This document shows, in pieces, positions 12,717 through 26,329 of a stretch of DNA of 64,000 nucleotides (position 1 is its first letter; each line of letters opens with the position of its first letter). Location of the stretch: NCBI RefSeq assembly GCF_018350175.1, contig NC_058368.1:161078001-161142000 (forward strand), written 5' to 3'. The notes below the pieces were generated by a model. That model had not been told where the DNA came from. It did not search any database and saw only the letters and a list, made by a program, of their open reading frames with translations. The translations under genes and the position numbers were made by a program. This stretch comes from Felis catus (lineage: Eukaryota).

Positions 12717-12943
12717 GGGGTGCCTAGGTGGCTTAGTTGGTTAAGCGTCCAACTGTAGCTCAGGTCATGATCTCACAGCTGGTGGGTTTGAGCCCCACAT
12801 TGGGCTCTATGCTGATAGCCAGAGCCTGGAGCCAGTTTTGGATTCTGTGTCTCTCTCTCTGCCCCTCCCGGCTCACACTCTGTCTCTCCCTCTGTGTCTC
12901 TCTCTCTCTAAAAAATAAATAGACATTTAAAAAATTTAAAAAA
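12717..12943 (+). mobile_element. CAN-SINE (SINEC)
   Basis: ggggtgcctaggtggcttag head to A-rich tail. Confidence 0.95.
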
Positions 12944-13756
12944 TAGATTCATCCTCCATTAATATGACATATTATTGAATTCCAGGAATTGTTTAAAATG
13001 TAGGGATATAGCAGTGAATAAAACAATAACAATAAAAAAACCAAAGTCCTTGTAGCGAAAGGAACAGACTGTATATCGATGTATAGATTATGTACATATG
13101 TACACATAGTATACTATCAGTTAAAGGCATTTTATTCTTTTAAAAAATACCTTACATAGTAATTGACATTTTATATACTTTTTAAAAATTATTAATTGCC
13201 ATGATGACATGTAAATAATTACAAGGTAATTATAGTATGCTTTGAAGCTTCAAAACATTGCTCACGATTCATTGGCTCTATTATTATACAGATACGAGAG
13301 ATTATCTTATCAGAATCACTATACAAAGATGGTCACATGTAATCATAATCATGATCCACAGAGAAATTTCATAGTTACTTCAAGTATGAAAATGTGTTAA
13401 ATAAAAATAGAATAACAAGTAATGAACTAGTTGCAGATCTAAATTGTGCTGGTGTCTTAGATGGTGGCCCAGAAAGCCACCTAGACAAAATAATTAATAT
13501 GCTTATATATAGCTTTCTGTCAATTGAAAGAATTTACCATTCTATTTCTGAGGCAAACTGGCAAAGGCTGCTTGAATAATTCCAAAGTAATATTAAAAAA
13601 ACCATTTTTCTTGTCATAAGTATATTTAAGATTCTTGAATTGCCCCTTTATATATATATAAGTGTTTGTTGTATCCTAGACCTATTAAAAAGGAAAAATA
13701 TTTAACCAACTCTCAACTAAACGTGTAGGCTAAAACTTGTATATTAGCAATTCAAT

Positions 13757-13975
13757 TTTTTTTAATTTAAAAAAATTAATGTATACTTATGAGAGAGAGA
13801 CAGAGCAAGAATGGGGGAGGGTCAGAAAGAGAGGGAGACACAGGATCTGAAGCAGGATCCAGGCTCCAGTCTGTCAGCACAGAGCCCGACGCGGGGCTTG
13901 AACCGACAAACTGTGAGATCGTGACCTGAGCCGAAGTTGGACGCTTAACCGACCACTGGCCACCCAGGTGTCCCC
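13757..13975 (-). mobile_element. CAN-SINE (SINEC)
   Basis: Full antisense SINEC. Confidence 0.95.
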
Positions 13976-14892
13976 AATTTGTTTTCTTAATACTTACAAC
14001 ATAAATTCCTAAAAATGTATAACCAGAACTACAACTTAAGCATCACTGTATTTTGACATAAAGAATATTTTTTAAAAGACTTTTTATTTGCATTTGACCA
14101 ATTAAATGTTTTTAATTATTGTTGCTTAAATAATGGATTGTATGGATATTGATATGTAAAGTCCATCTTAGCTCACGTGACAAAGAGAACAGTAGTATTT
14201 GTAGATGTAGACTATAACATGTTATTCAGAAAACAGGAATAACCGCTACGTCAGGATGTAGAGGAGGCAATGTAATCCAAATTCCCAAAAAGAAAGAGAA
14301 TACAAAGAAAGTAGAAGCAGTATCAATAGGTTATCAGAGATACATACCAGAAAAGAGTATTCTTAATCTTCTCATATGCCCCTCTTTAATATGAAAATAG
14401 GTTGAAATGCTATAAATTCAGTGTTTTGTATTTATGCCCAAAAAGGAAATTACATTAAATTACATATATCCAAGTAAAATAGCCCAAGAAGGGAGGAGGA
14501 ATTTGTCCAATTTGTCATATAAGTTCAGAATCACAGCCTCAAATCAAAGTGAATCAAAACACTAATCCTTGTAACTTGAAGTTTGTATAAATATTCATAG
14601 AAATTCACTCTATCTTAAAAAAGTTAAAAAAAAAAGAAATTCACTCTATTTTGCAGATTTTAAGTTTTCATTTAGATATTTTCATTAATCTCAGCTCAAA
14701 TCACTGAGATCTGTTAGTTCTAACCAAGCAACATGGGATGCTTAAAAAACAAATATAACAAAACAAACATAAGTGACTTATAGCAACCTAATACACAACA
14801 ATATAATTAAAAATTTCCAAGGCCATTTTATCATAGTGTAATAAGCAACCTGTAAATGATACAAGTTAAAGTTTTTAGATTTCTGACATTGT

Positions 14893-15081
14893 GTTTTGTT
14901 TTTTGTTGTTGTTTTTGTTTTTTGAGAGAGAGAGCAGGGGAGGGGCAGGAGAGGGAGATTCTTAAGGAAGCTCAATGCCCAGCATAGAGCTAACGTGGGA
15001 CTTGATCTCATGACCTGAGATCATGACCTGAACTGAAATCAAGGATTGGATTCTTAACCAACTGAGCTACCCAGGGGCCCC
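14893..15081 (-). mobile_element. CAN-SINE (older SINEC subfamily)
   Basis: gagatcatgacctgaactgaaatcaag...actgagctacccaggggcccc. Confidence 0.9.
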
Positions 15082-15264
15082 TCACATGTTTTTATCAAAT
15101 ATCTCATTTTATTTACCATGTCCCATTGGATGTTTTAAGAAGATATTTATGGAAGAATTTGCTTGATTTTTCCAGCAGGAATTTTATATTACTAAGTCTT
15201 GTTTACAGCTAAGAATTATACTTTCTGACCTTTCTAAATGATAATTTTAAACAAATCAGTTTGC

Positions 15265-15289
15265 TTTCTTTTTTTAAGTTTATTTACTT

Positions 15290-15332
<43 letters not shown>

Positions 15333-15475
15333 CAGGGAGAGAGAATCCCAAGCAGACTCTGTGCTATCAGTGCAGAGCCCAACATGGGGCTCAAACTCAC
15401 GAACCATGAGATCATGACCTGAGCTGAAATTAAAAGCCAGACACTTAACCAACCAACTGAGCTACTCAGGCATCC
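15265..15475 (-). mobile_element. CAN-SINE (SINEC)
   Basis: Antisense SINEC with (GA)n; imperfect TSD aacaaatcag/aacagatcag. Confidence 0.95.
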
Positions 15476-16869
15476 AACAGATCAGCTTTCTAAACTGTCA
15501 TACATTTTGAAGTCCTTAGGATACAGTTGCTTGCAAGGAAAGAGATTCTGTACATGCCATTCATAGCATACTTACTCACCATTTAAAAACTTGAGTGAGA
15601 CATTCCCAACACCCTGGTTTATATCCTTTTAAATAATTTTCCTATATCCCTACATTATTTTAGCTAATTTTTCAGGAAAACTTGGCAATGACAGCCTTTT
15701 TTTTTTCTTCTTAAGTCCACTATCATTCTGCTCCACTATCATTGTCCTACTATTTCTAAAGTCTTTGGCATATATCCCATATTCTTTGTTTTTGTACACC
15801 TCTTATCCCTGAAAATATACAAGATTTTACTTTTTACAAAATTCCTAAAGGAGAGAGCCTTTTGAAAAAGAAACCGGGTCCTTTTTCCTTTTTATCAAGG
15901 AGGCTGTGGAGGTAGCGAAGGGGGTAAAAGGAAAAACGCTTGCAGACGTTCTGAATGCCCAGTGCTGCTGACCATCATTGTTCCTGTACAGCTCAGTTAC
16001 ATCCCTTGGGATTTAACTGAGAATATTCAATGGCAGCTATGACACAGTAACACAAAAATCTGCACACAACTGTCAGAGTTTTCACATAACTCCAGTTCAA
16101 CAAGCCAATGGAAAAAAGACAAGATTTACCTTTTCTGTTTCCTCAGGCCTTTTTGTGAGCTTGGCCCAACTCACCTGAGTTAGAAATCTTACCCGGCTCT
16201 TTCTAATTTTCCCACAGTGGAAGCCAAGAGTGAGGAAACTGTTGAAATCCAGAACTTTTGTCTGGATTCCCCAGGTTCTTTGATTTGTACCTCTTTCCTA
16301 GGGACAGTTCCTGTTTGAAGCATTTATTTATACCGAGATTTCCACTCTTGCATCTGGATCTTTAATAAAAGAATGTGTATTGCACTGGGAATAGGAACAT
16401 TTTTAGAAATTCAGCATGGAATGTTAATCTCACTAAGGGTATCTTTATAAGACTTTGTCTGGTCCCAGCATGTTTTCCTGACAGGGGGTCAAATGAGCTA
16501 TTCCAACAAGTCCCCTTAGGGACTACTCAATACTCCTCTGCTTACTTCAGCAAGCTGTGAACTCACCTGCCCTGCCAAATCTGGGGTTTCCAAACAAGTA
16601 GAAAATGGCATCAAATAGAACCAGTGAAATAAGGCCAATCCATAATTAGTTGATTTTTAATGGCTATGACCAGGTCTGTAATACCTCAATAGTTGCTGAA
16701 TATGTGAGAGCAATGAATATTTTATTTTGTGTTAATTATTTTTAAAGTACATATAAAGGATGGAGTTAATTATACAGTTCATAGAATATTATAATCATTA
16801 ATTTGTTTAAGAACTAAACAATGTTTGTCTTTCCAATTTAATTTATTTATTTATTCAGGCACTTATCGC

Positions 16870-17620
16870 TCCATTTTGCCATTGCCTGATTTCTAACCAT
16901 CCCAATAAGGTAATCATATTAATGTGTTTGGTGTGCATCCTTCCATTAGTATGTATCAGGCTAAAATATTTGTCCTTTTTTTTAGCTTGATAAAGTTTTT
17001 ACTAATACGAATGATCCTGTACAATAATCTGCAATATTCTTTTGATTTTTTGTTTCATTCCACAGTGTTGTTCTGAGTTCATCCAGTCTGTTGTTTTGGG
17101 TTTTCTTTCTTTGTTTTGCTCCGGTCTATGTTAATACACTCAAGTCTGTTGCTCCCAGCTGCCATGTGGTATTCAGCTGTGCACATCAGCCACATTTTTG
17201 TTCATACCCTCCTATAATTTTTATACCCTCCTATAATTTATATGAGAATTTATTCGGGATATATATCTAGCAGAAGAGTTGCTGGGTTACAAAGAGTATG
17301 TGCATTTTATTTAACGGAAAAACTACTAGCTTTGCTCCAGGAAAAAGCAGTGTGTCTTACTATGCCCCTAGTTTGAAACAGAGAAGTTTGTACTACCCAA
17401 TTTTCTAACTTTTTGTCTTCTAATTGACACTAATTGATTTTTCAATGTTTTTTAACAGTTTTATTGATATGTAATTGACATACAAGAAACAATATGTATA
17501 GATTGTATATCTTGTAGATAGGTATTGACATGTAAAATAACCACCACAATCAAGGAGTGAAAATATCCATTACACCTAAAATTTTCTTCAAGTCCCTTTT
17601 GCAGTGTTTCCTTTTCCTAC
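16870..17620 (-). mobile_element. Old L1 (L1ME/L1MB-like) 3' fragments
   Basis: ttctgagttcatcc...gatatatatctagcagaagagttgctgggt; ttttattgatatgtaattgacatac...accaccacaatcaagg. Confidence 0.65.
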
Positions 17621-17895
17621 CTAGTTGTGTTGGTTTCTTTCCCCCACTTATTACAATGACTAAAGACCCCACTGTTATCCTGCATAGTACAGGTGAGCAC
17701 TGGCATTCTTGTATCCTTCTTCATCTTAAGTAAAAAGTTTTCAGATGCCTTTTATCAGTTTGAGGAAATTCTTTTCACTGTCTAGTTTACTAAGACTTTA
17801 TGAGGAATGAATGTTAGATTTTACCAATGCTTTTTCTACACTTGTAACTTATACGATAATGTAGTTATTCTTATACGGTGAATTACACTGCATGA

Positions 17896-18099
17896 TTTTT
17901 TTTTAATTCCAGGGAGATAGAGAGAGAGAGTGAGTGGGGAGAGGGGCAGAGGGAGAAAAAGAGAAAATCTAAAGCAGAGTCCACGCTCAGCATGAAGCCT
18001 GATGTGGGGTGCAATCCCACAAACCTGCACCCTGAGATCAAGAGCTGAGCCAAAATCAAGAGTCAGACACTCAACTGACTGAGCTACCCAGGCACCCCC
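17896..18099 (-). mobile_element. CAN-SINE (SINEC) inside L1
   Basis: gagccaaaatcaagagtcagacactcaactgactgagctacccaggcacccc. Confidence 0.9.
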
Positions 18100-18866
18100 A
18101 ATATTTTATTTCTTAATGTTAATCAACCTTGCATTTCTGGGATAGAGACCAATAAATCATGATGTATTGTCCTTTGTATATACTGTAGAATTGTATTAAA
18201 TTCTTAAAATAATACTTGTATCTATGTTCATAAGGGATACTAAGCTTTAGTGTTCTTTTTTTAAATATTTTAGTGTGTAGGCGTTTTATTATTATTTTGT
18301 CCTTACACATTGGTAGCATGCTTAAATGAAGACATATGGTTCTGAGTTTTCTCAGGGAAAGGACTTTTAACCAAAAGTTCAACTCCTTTGTAATATAGGC
18401 TACTCAGTTATTTGTGTCTTCTTAAGTGATAGTCTGTTTCTTTCAGAGAATAGGTTCATTTCAACTATGTTATGAAATGTATTTTGTAATTATTTTGGAG
18501 GAATAATGTGTCAGGCTTAAAGTTTATCAATTTTATTGATCTTTTCAAATAACTTTTTTTTTTTTAATTTCATTCGGTTTCTCTATTGGTCCTGATTTCT
18601 ATTTTGTTGATTTCCAAACTTTGATCTTTCTTTTATTTTCCTTAATTTGGATTTAATTTTCTCAGTTTCCAAATTCTTGAGATGGAAATTGAGGTCACTA
18701 ATTTCATATTGTTCTTTCTTGAAATACAGGTATTTAGTGCTATAAATTTTCTCTTCAGTGCTTTCTTAGCAACATCCCACACATTCTGCTAAGTTGCATT
18801 TCCATTTTTATTTGAATTAATATGCATTCTAATTTCTCTTTTGGTTTCTTACTGTTATTGATTTCT

Positions 18867-19055
18867 TCTTTTTATTTTTTTTTTATTTTAGAGAGAGAGG
18901 GAGTTTGGAGGAGAGGTGTTGAGAGAGAGAATCCCAAGCAGGCTTCAGGCTCAGTACAGAGCCCAATGCAGGGCTCAATCCCACGACCCTGGAATCATGA
19001 CCTGAGCCAAAATCAAGAGTCTAATGCTCAAGTGACTAACTATCCCAAGCCCCCC
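18867..19055 (-). mobile_element. CAN-SINE (SINEC) inside L1
   Basis: Antisense SINEC with TSD ttactgttattgatttct on both sides. Confidence 0.92.
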
Positions 19056-19790
19056 TTACTGTTATTGATTTCTAATGTAATTCTGTTGCGATCACAGAAC
19101 ACAATTCATGTGACTTGACTTGAATTATTTTTATTGAAACTTCTTTTGATTTCAAAAATATATTTTTTGGGTAATATATTCCACGTGCACCTGCAAAGAA
19201 TGTGTGTTCTATTATTTTTGGATGGAATGTTCTACCAACATCAATTTCCTAATATTGGTCGATAGTATTATTCAAGCATTCTAATATCCTAGTTGATTTT
19301 CAGTCTACTTGTAATTCCTTTCAAGAACATATTATCTCCAATTATCCAGATCATAATATGTATTATTTGTGCTATTTATTCATTTTTAACTGTTCTGTGG
19401 GGAAGCTTTGTGTATTGTTAACATACAGAGTTCAATTACATTTGAAATCTTTTGTTGCTATTATAAATGGTCTATCATATGATCTATTTTTTACGTTTGG
19501 CTGACATACAAAAAAAAATTTATTTCAGCATATATTTGTCAACATTCTTGAATTACATAATTATTTCAAATACTTTTTTCTATTAATTTTACTGGGTATT
19601 TCTTCACATACCTGAATATATGAATTAAAAATAATAACAAATTGATCTCTACCTTTCCAATCACTGTACCTCATTTTTCTCTCTTTCCTTGTGGACATGT
19701 TGACAGTGAGTTCTTAGAGACTGATTCTTTGCCTTCTTTTTTTCTTAGATCTTTTTTTTCATCAACAAAACACAATAAAAGTAAACTTTT

Positions 19791-19989
19791 GGGGAGCCTG
19801 GGTGGCTCAGTCTGTTGAGCCTCGGGCTCTTGATTTTGGCTAAGGTTATGATCTCATGATTTGTGAGAGAGAGCCCCACATTGACCTCTGCTCTGACTGT
19901 GCGAAGCCTGCCGGGAGTCTCTTTCTGCCCCTCTCCTGTGCACCCTCATACTCTCTCTCTCTCTCAAAATAAATAAACATTTAAAAAAA
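19791..19989 (+). mobile_element. CAN-SINE (SINEC)
   Basis: ggggagcctgggtggctcag head; TSD aaaagtaaactt. Confidence 0.95.
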
Positions 19990-20520
19990 GTAAACTTCTA
20001 CTAAGGATACATAACATATATAATTATCTTTATTATTTTTATTTTAATTTCTGCTACTCTCTTCTTGGATTTCTCTTATTTGAATATATCCTCTAAGAGT
20101 ATTTTCAAAATATATAACAGACATTCTTAGGACATGTCTGAGAACATTCTTACCCTGCTCTGGAATTTTAATAATAGTTTGGCTAGATACAAATTTCAGG
20201 TTCAAAATGCTTCAATTTTTTTCTTGTTTTATAGTTTCCTTCCATATTTTAAAGTGTTAATCAGTTGTCTCTCTACCTCCAGGAGGCACATATCTTATAT
20301 TTTTAAGGCTATCTGCTCTTGGTCTATGGAAAGCTTCTCTTTTTATATATAACATCGCTTGCACTTTCCTTATTTCTTTAAATCTATTTATTATACTCAT
20401 TAAAAATTATTCCATTAATTCTATTTTATTAGTATAAGTTCAAATTGCTATTTTTTTATTTACTATAGTTTCATTCTTCAGCTGATTATAATTTTTACTC
20501 TTAAGTCCATTACCAGATTC

Positions 20521-20712
20521 AGGATTCTGGTAAGCCAGAAATCTCTTTTTTAAAAAGTGTGATTTGAGGTGTTTTCAATGTCTGTAGTTAAATACTCCCA
20601 CCACGACCAATATTATGCTTCCAAAGTGTCATTGTTGAATTCAGATTTGGAAACAGAGGTTCACAGCTGGCTGTCAGGGGTACGTACAAACTGGTTCTAG
20701 CATACCACCACA
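20521..20712 (-). mobile_element. MER63-like non-autonomous hAT DNA transposon
   Basis: Reverse complement gtggtatgctagaaccagtttgtac...tcgtggtggagtattt...ctcaaatca resembles MER63. Confidence 0.6.
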
Positions 20713-21249
20713 TCAGCTCCTGTAACATATAGAATATACTGAGGAAGGAATAAAGCGATGCACAAATCTTATCCTTCCAGTTGGAGAGGGGAGGCAATCA
20801 GTCTTAGGATGAGGATCCGGAACCAGAGAGGATCACATTCCTTTGCTTTTATGCCAACAGGCAATCTCTCTGTTGAAGTATTAATTATTAAATTCTTAGA
20901 ATTATGAAGAATTGGAAAGAAACAGCCATCTTAGGTTGTCAACCAATATCCTTGAAAGTGAAAGAAAGATAATGTACCTGTAGAACGAGAACTAAAGTCA
21001 GTCTGATGACTGTTCAAATGCTTTCAAAATTGTTCATCCCCGAAGGGGTTACCCTGCCTGATAGGTCCTATATGGAAGGTCTGAATAGCTATTTCCACCT
21101 TTTGTGAAAAGATAGGGAGTTATTATTCAAAGACAGTGATGGTATAGGGAAATGAGCAGAATGCATCTTCAAGATTTCACTTCACTGAATACTCTCACTG
21201 CTCCCAGATGTGTCTCACCACAGGTGGCAGCCATGAACACTCTCCCCAA

Positions 21250-21250
<1 letters not shown>

Positions 21251-21290
<40 letters not shown>
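21251..21290. repeat. (CA)n microsatellite
   Basis: Directly visible. Confidence 0.95.
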
Positions 21291-21292
<2 letters not shown>

Positions 21293-22367
21293 GATTAGTT
21301 TTTAAGAACTTTCACTTCTCCAAAAGCTTCCAATTTTTTAGTTAATTATTTCTTGCATGCTTTTCTCTCATTTACTTAGGTTCATCAAGGTTGATCTCGG
21401 AGGAGGGAGCTTGCAATCCTTCAAAACCTCTCCCCTGAACATCATATAAATTAGACTTCCATGAATTGTACCATGATATCAATTTGAAGCAGGCTATAGC
21501 TGAAGATTCAGATAATTTATTTATCTCTTTTGTATGTTGATAGTTTTTCTACTTTACAGATATTAAGAAAATTTTAAAATTCAACTGAAAAGTAAACATG
21601 AAATTAAATTAAATTCAGCTGTTATTTAACATTTTAGAACAAAAACAAACAAACAAAATGAATTCAGTCTTGACTGTCACAAGTAAGGAAAATATAGAGA
21701 AAATGTCCCCCTGTACTCTTCTTCCAACTTTCATACCCTGAAGCTCCTGTGTATTGAAAGGAAATAATTTATTCCAGACTGAAATATAAATCAAAGTAAG
21801 TTTTATAGCATAGTTCTACCAAGAGCTTCTGTATGTAAATCCCTTCAGCAATTTAACTGGGCACCTAGAGATATTTGGCTATTGGGAACAACTGAAAGTA
21901 TTTATAAAGCTAAAACATATGAAGAAGATAATTATAATGCCTGTATGCATGAAGAATCAGAAATCATCTTTTACCTGAAGGACAATTTACTAGAAGTTGA
22001 AGGAGTCTTGAGACTAAGTGCTATCAGTGTGTAGAGGAACATTATATGCGAGGTTGGATTTTAGAGCTCTACTCTGAAATTCCCCACAAATTCAAAAAAG
22101 GAATAAGTTATCTTGTGCAGTAATAAAGTGATTCATCTCCTTGACTACAGCTGCATGTAAAATTGCTGAAATTGGTAACTGAATATCAGACTACTGTCTT
22201 TGATTTCTTTGAAAGAAAAAGTATATTTTTCATAAATTTCTTGTTTGAATAGCATATTTCCTTCAAAATAAAAAGCTAGCAATGTTTGGTGTTTATTACA
22301 AATCTATTGTAAACATTCAAACATTTGATATAAGAGAAAAAAACTATACGATTATGTAAAATTAGAT

Positions 22368-22598
22368 GGGGCACCTGGGTGGCTCAGTCGGTTGAGCATC
22401 CGACTTCAGCTCAGGTCATGATCTCACAGTCGGTGAGTTCGAGCCCCGTGTTGGGCTCTGTGCTGACAGCTCCTAGCCTGGAGCCTGCTTCGGATTCTGT
22501 GTCTCCCTCTCTCTCTGCCCCTCCCCTGCTCATGCTCTGTCTCTCTCTCTGTCTCAAAAATAAATAAAGAAAACGTTAAAAAATTAAAAAAATAAAAT
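22368..22598 (+). mobile_element. CAN-SINE (feline SINEC_Fc-type)
   Basis: Near-consensus full-length copy. Confidence 0.97.
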
Positions 22599-22784
22599 AA
22601 AATTATAAAAGGTGAAAAGTCGTTAAGAATGGAACAGAGTACCCAAAGATGGGTGCATTCCCCTTTCTTTGCATCCATAGCACCAAACACATTAAATCTG
22701 TTGACTTAACAATAACTTTGATTGACAAGTCAATGATTAAGTGGTCTCCCCCTTTTAATGAAAACTACTAACTTTTATATTTTC

Positions 22785-22819
22785 TTTTTTTAAGTTTTTT
22801 ATGTTTATTTATTTTTGAC

Positions 22820-22852
<33 letters not shown>

Positions 22853-23034
22853 CAGAGAGAGACAGAGCATGAGCAGGGGAGGGGCAGAGAGAGAGGGAGA
22901 CACAGAATCTGAAGCAAGCTCCAAGCTCTGAGCTGTCAGCACAGAGCCCGATGCGGGGCTTGAACTCACAGACCGCGAGATGATGACCTGAGCAGAAGTC
23001 GGACACTTAACCGACTGAGCCACCCAGGCGCCCC
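22785..23034 (-). mobile_element. CAN-SINE (feline SINEC_Fc-type)
   Basis: Near-consensus antisense copy; imperfect TSD actaactt..atattttc. Confidence 0.97.
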
Positions 23035-25185
23035 GACTAACTTATATTTTCAATATTTAGAACAGCTAAGCTACTAATTCATTAACTACTGTCTAAAATG
23101 TATTTGGCACATAACAGTAGGGAAAAATTGGTAATTGATAAATTGAAGCTATTACCAGGGAGAAAAGCTCATCATTTCTAATTTTTCTTTTAGAACAAAG
23201 TTTAAATTAGCCAAAAATATAGGTTTTATATTTCACAAAATCATTATGTAATATGATTCATATTCTGTAAGAATCTAAAAGTTGCCAAATGTAACCACTT
23301 ACAAATAACTGCTCTTTTTATTTAAATTTCTTAACAGTTTAAGTGCATCAGCTTGCTAAAGCGTATATAAGTTAAATGATCCTTTTTTAAAAGTATAGAA
23401 TTTACATTTATTCAGTGACTCATTTGGTCACAGTTTTATAGCACTTTAAAATTAGTGAATATTGCCATATGTGTTTCATAATTCAGTAATTTTCTAATCT
23501 TGTTAAAAGCATCATTTTAGACATCATTCCATTCAGGTACTACTTCATTTTTCTTCTTTATCATCTAAAGTGAGCGTAATTTTCATAGTCATTAAAAATA
23601 CCTTGATTTACTTTCACAAATCATTAAATAATCATATCTGCCACATGCCATTGTTTAATAAACTTGCAAATCCTTTAAAGAACCCACCCACCAACAAACT
23701 GGTTGTTTACATTGTTTATTTTTAATACATATGATCAGAAGGTCAAAATGTCCTAATTGCATCAAGATTTTAGTCAAATTTTATATGAAACAAACAAGAC
23801 TAAAAAATTCTTCTGCACAAAACTCCTATTCGGAGTATCTACATCTCCTACTTGTAGGTGAATCTCCATGTATTTCCATGTCATAAAGAAAATAATGCAT
23901 TTTGTAAACTAGGGAAATCTTCCCCAGCAAAGTATAGACATAGTTTGCTAGAGTTGTCTTCACCTGTAAAACATGTTTTAGGAAAACAAGTTATTGTGTC
24001 TGAAATATGAAAAAAAATCAAACCAGTAACAATGACAAACAGGTTGATTAACCTTATCCAAGGGCAATGCCCAGACTTGTTCTTATCTCAAGTAGGATGA
24101 GATTATTATCAAATCCACAGCCTCCTAGAAAAGACAATTTTTCAAGAATGAGTAATATTCAGATAAAGAGGGAAAATACTTAATATTCCCCTTGGACTTT
24201 TGTCTCCTTCACTACAGAGATTCTATTCAGATCTTTATACCTTAAGTTATGCTCACAAAATGATGAAAGCTTCACAGAACTACCGTTTTCCAATTACAAC
24301 ACATTAAGTCATATATTTTCAAGTGGTCCAGCACCTAAAGTCCTGTGGTAAAACGCTTCCTGGTCATGACCTCCTGCTTAGCATTTAGATGCATAAAGTG
24401 TCATACATGTGAATGAATATTATTGAATTAATGAAGTAAAACTGTTATTATTTCTTGGACTACCATAAGTTTATGTTCTTTGCTTATATACCTAATATCA
24501 GTAATTCCTAGTGGTTTAATGACCTAAAATGTCTATGGTCATGAAGATATTTAAATGAATGAAATTTACAAAAATAAAATTAAGTTAAAGATAAGACAAT
24601 TTTACTCTCGGATGTATTATACAAGACACATAAGAAAGGTGTATCATGAACTGCACAAGCGCGAATTGTGCAATGGTGCAAGCAAGCACAACACGGATTT
24701 TCTATGACTTCAAATGATTGCATAAGCACATCATAAACATAGAAATTACCATGGTAGTATGACATGATGTTAAACTGAAAGTTTCAGTTTGTGCCAGAGA
24801 CATATTATATACAATATATTAAAGTGAGTTGGGAGGTAAACCAATAGGTAGATTAATAAAGAAAATAAGTTAGAACTACTTAGATGACTCAAATTTTTTC
24901 ATTAACTTTAAGCATATGCAGAGTATAAGAAGAGACTTTGTGGGAGAAAATCACTGGAAAAGATTTGCAAAAAGAGTTTCCACTTTGCTATGAGTTTCAG
25001 CATTCACAAGGAGAGAGATGACTGTGTACTCCTCACCTTAAACCCACTAAGGAGGCAACAGTGACAGAATGCAGAAAGAGTGGTACTTTTCTCCTATAAT
25101 CAGTGAGACCCTTTGGTCTTCTGTCTGATACATATGCCTGAAGAGTCTAAGACTAGATTCTACTATTATTGGCATGTAGTAATAT

Positions 25186-25278
25186 GGAAGGGGTAGGGAG
25201 AATGAAAGAGAGGAAGATAGGAAGGAAGAGAAGGAAGGGGAAAAGGAAGGGAAGAGAGAAAGAAGAAAAGAGAAAGGA
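25186..25278. repeat. Purine-rich (GA) low-complexity tract
   Basis: ggaaggggtagggagaatgaaagagaggaag...gagaaagg. Confidence 0.75.
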
Positions 25279-25300
25279 TGTTTTAGGAAGGAGCATTACT

Positions 25301-25503
25301 GGGGCACCTGGGTGGCTCAGTGTGTTAAGCATCCAACTTAGGCTCAGGTCATAATCTCCTGGTATGTGAGTTTGAGCCCCACTTTGGGCTTTCTGCTGTC
25401 AGCACAGCACCTGCTTCAGATCCTCTGTCTCCCTCTCCCTTTGCCACTCCCTTGCTTGTGCTCTCTCTTTCTCAAAAATAAACACAAACATTTAAAAAAA
25501 AAT
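25301..25503 (+). mobile_element. CAN-SINE (SINEC)
   Basis: TSD aggaaggagcattac at 25285-25299 and 25505-25519. Confidence 0.95.
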
Positions 25504-26034
25504 AAGGAAGGAGCATTACCAACAGCATGGCAAATGTATTTCCCATGGACTGAGATGAGTCATATGAAACAGATTTTATATTCAGTCTCCAAAGGAAAAA
25601 TTAGGAAAATCCTAAGGAGCTGTGGATGGAGCTGCAGCTAGAATGTAAAAGTCTTTATTGTCTGTGAGATGAAAGTTGTGGGTGGAGGGAAACAGTAATG
25701 AGTGTCTACAAACCCATAAAATGTCCTACATGAGAATCAGGTTTAAACCTTTGCCTAGACCAGAGTGTTTGAGGCCACTTTAAATTACTGCAAAGTAAGA
25801 AGCCTTCTTATTCTTCTACCTATTTTCTCTCTATTTTCTACCCATATTTTCAACCCTAAGTGGGGGGTCAAAATTCATGATAAGCACTTTAGAGAAAAAG
25901 GTAACTGTCAAATCTCCATCACATCCTATCTTAGCAGAAAATATGTTCTACATAAATATGACCCACTCGGAGGGGTGGAGATTAACCCCAAACCAAGATT
26001 GTGGTTATGATTACTTAATAAAACTAGGGATTTT

Positions 26035-26254
26035 GGGGCGCCTTGGTGGCGCAGTCAGTTAAGCGTCCGACTTCAACCAGGTCACGATCTCGCGGTCCGT
26101 GAGTTCGAGCCCCGCGTCCGGCTCTGGGCTGATGGCTCAGAGCCTGGAGCCTGTTTCCGATTCTGTGTCTCCCTCTCTCTCTGCCCCTCCCCCGTTCATG
26201 CTCTGTCTCTCTCTGTCCCACAAATAAATAAACGTTGAAAAAAAAATAAAAAAA
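26035..26254 (+). mobile_element. Young CAN-SINE (SINEC_Fc)
   Basis: CpG-rich near-consensus copy, long A tail, perfect TSD aaaactagggatttt. Confidence 0.98.
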
Positions 26255-26329
26255 AAAACTAGGGATTTTAATTACTTAATTGTAACTTGTTTCCATCATG
26301 TGAGAGTAATCATAAAAGTCATAATTCAG

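Larger units (their letters stand above)
17660..19330 (-). mobile_element. Degraded L1M ORF2 region interrupted by two SINEs
   Basis: cagatgccttttatcagtttgaggaaatt...caaccttgcatttctgggat...gtttatcaattttattgatcttttcaaa...ttccacgtgcacctgcaaagaatgtgtgttct. Confidence 0.8.

Noticed and set aside
22368..22445. tRNA-like heads with A and B boxes
   Set aside because: They are the tRNA-derived 5' part of CAN-SINEs, followed by SINE body and tail, not tRNA genes.
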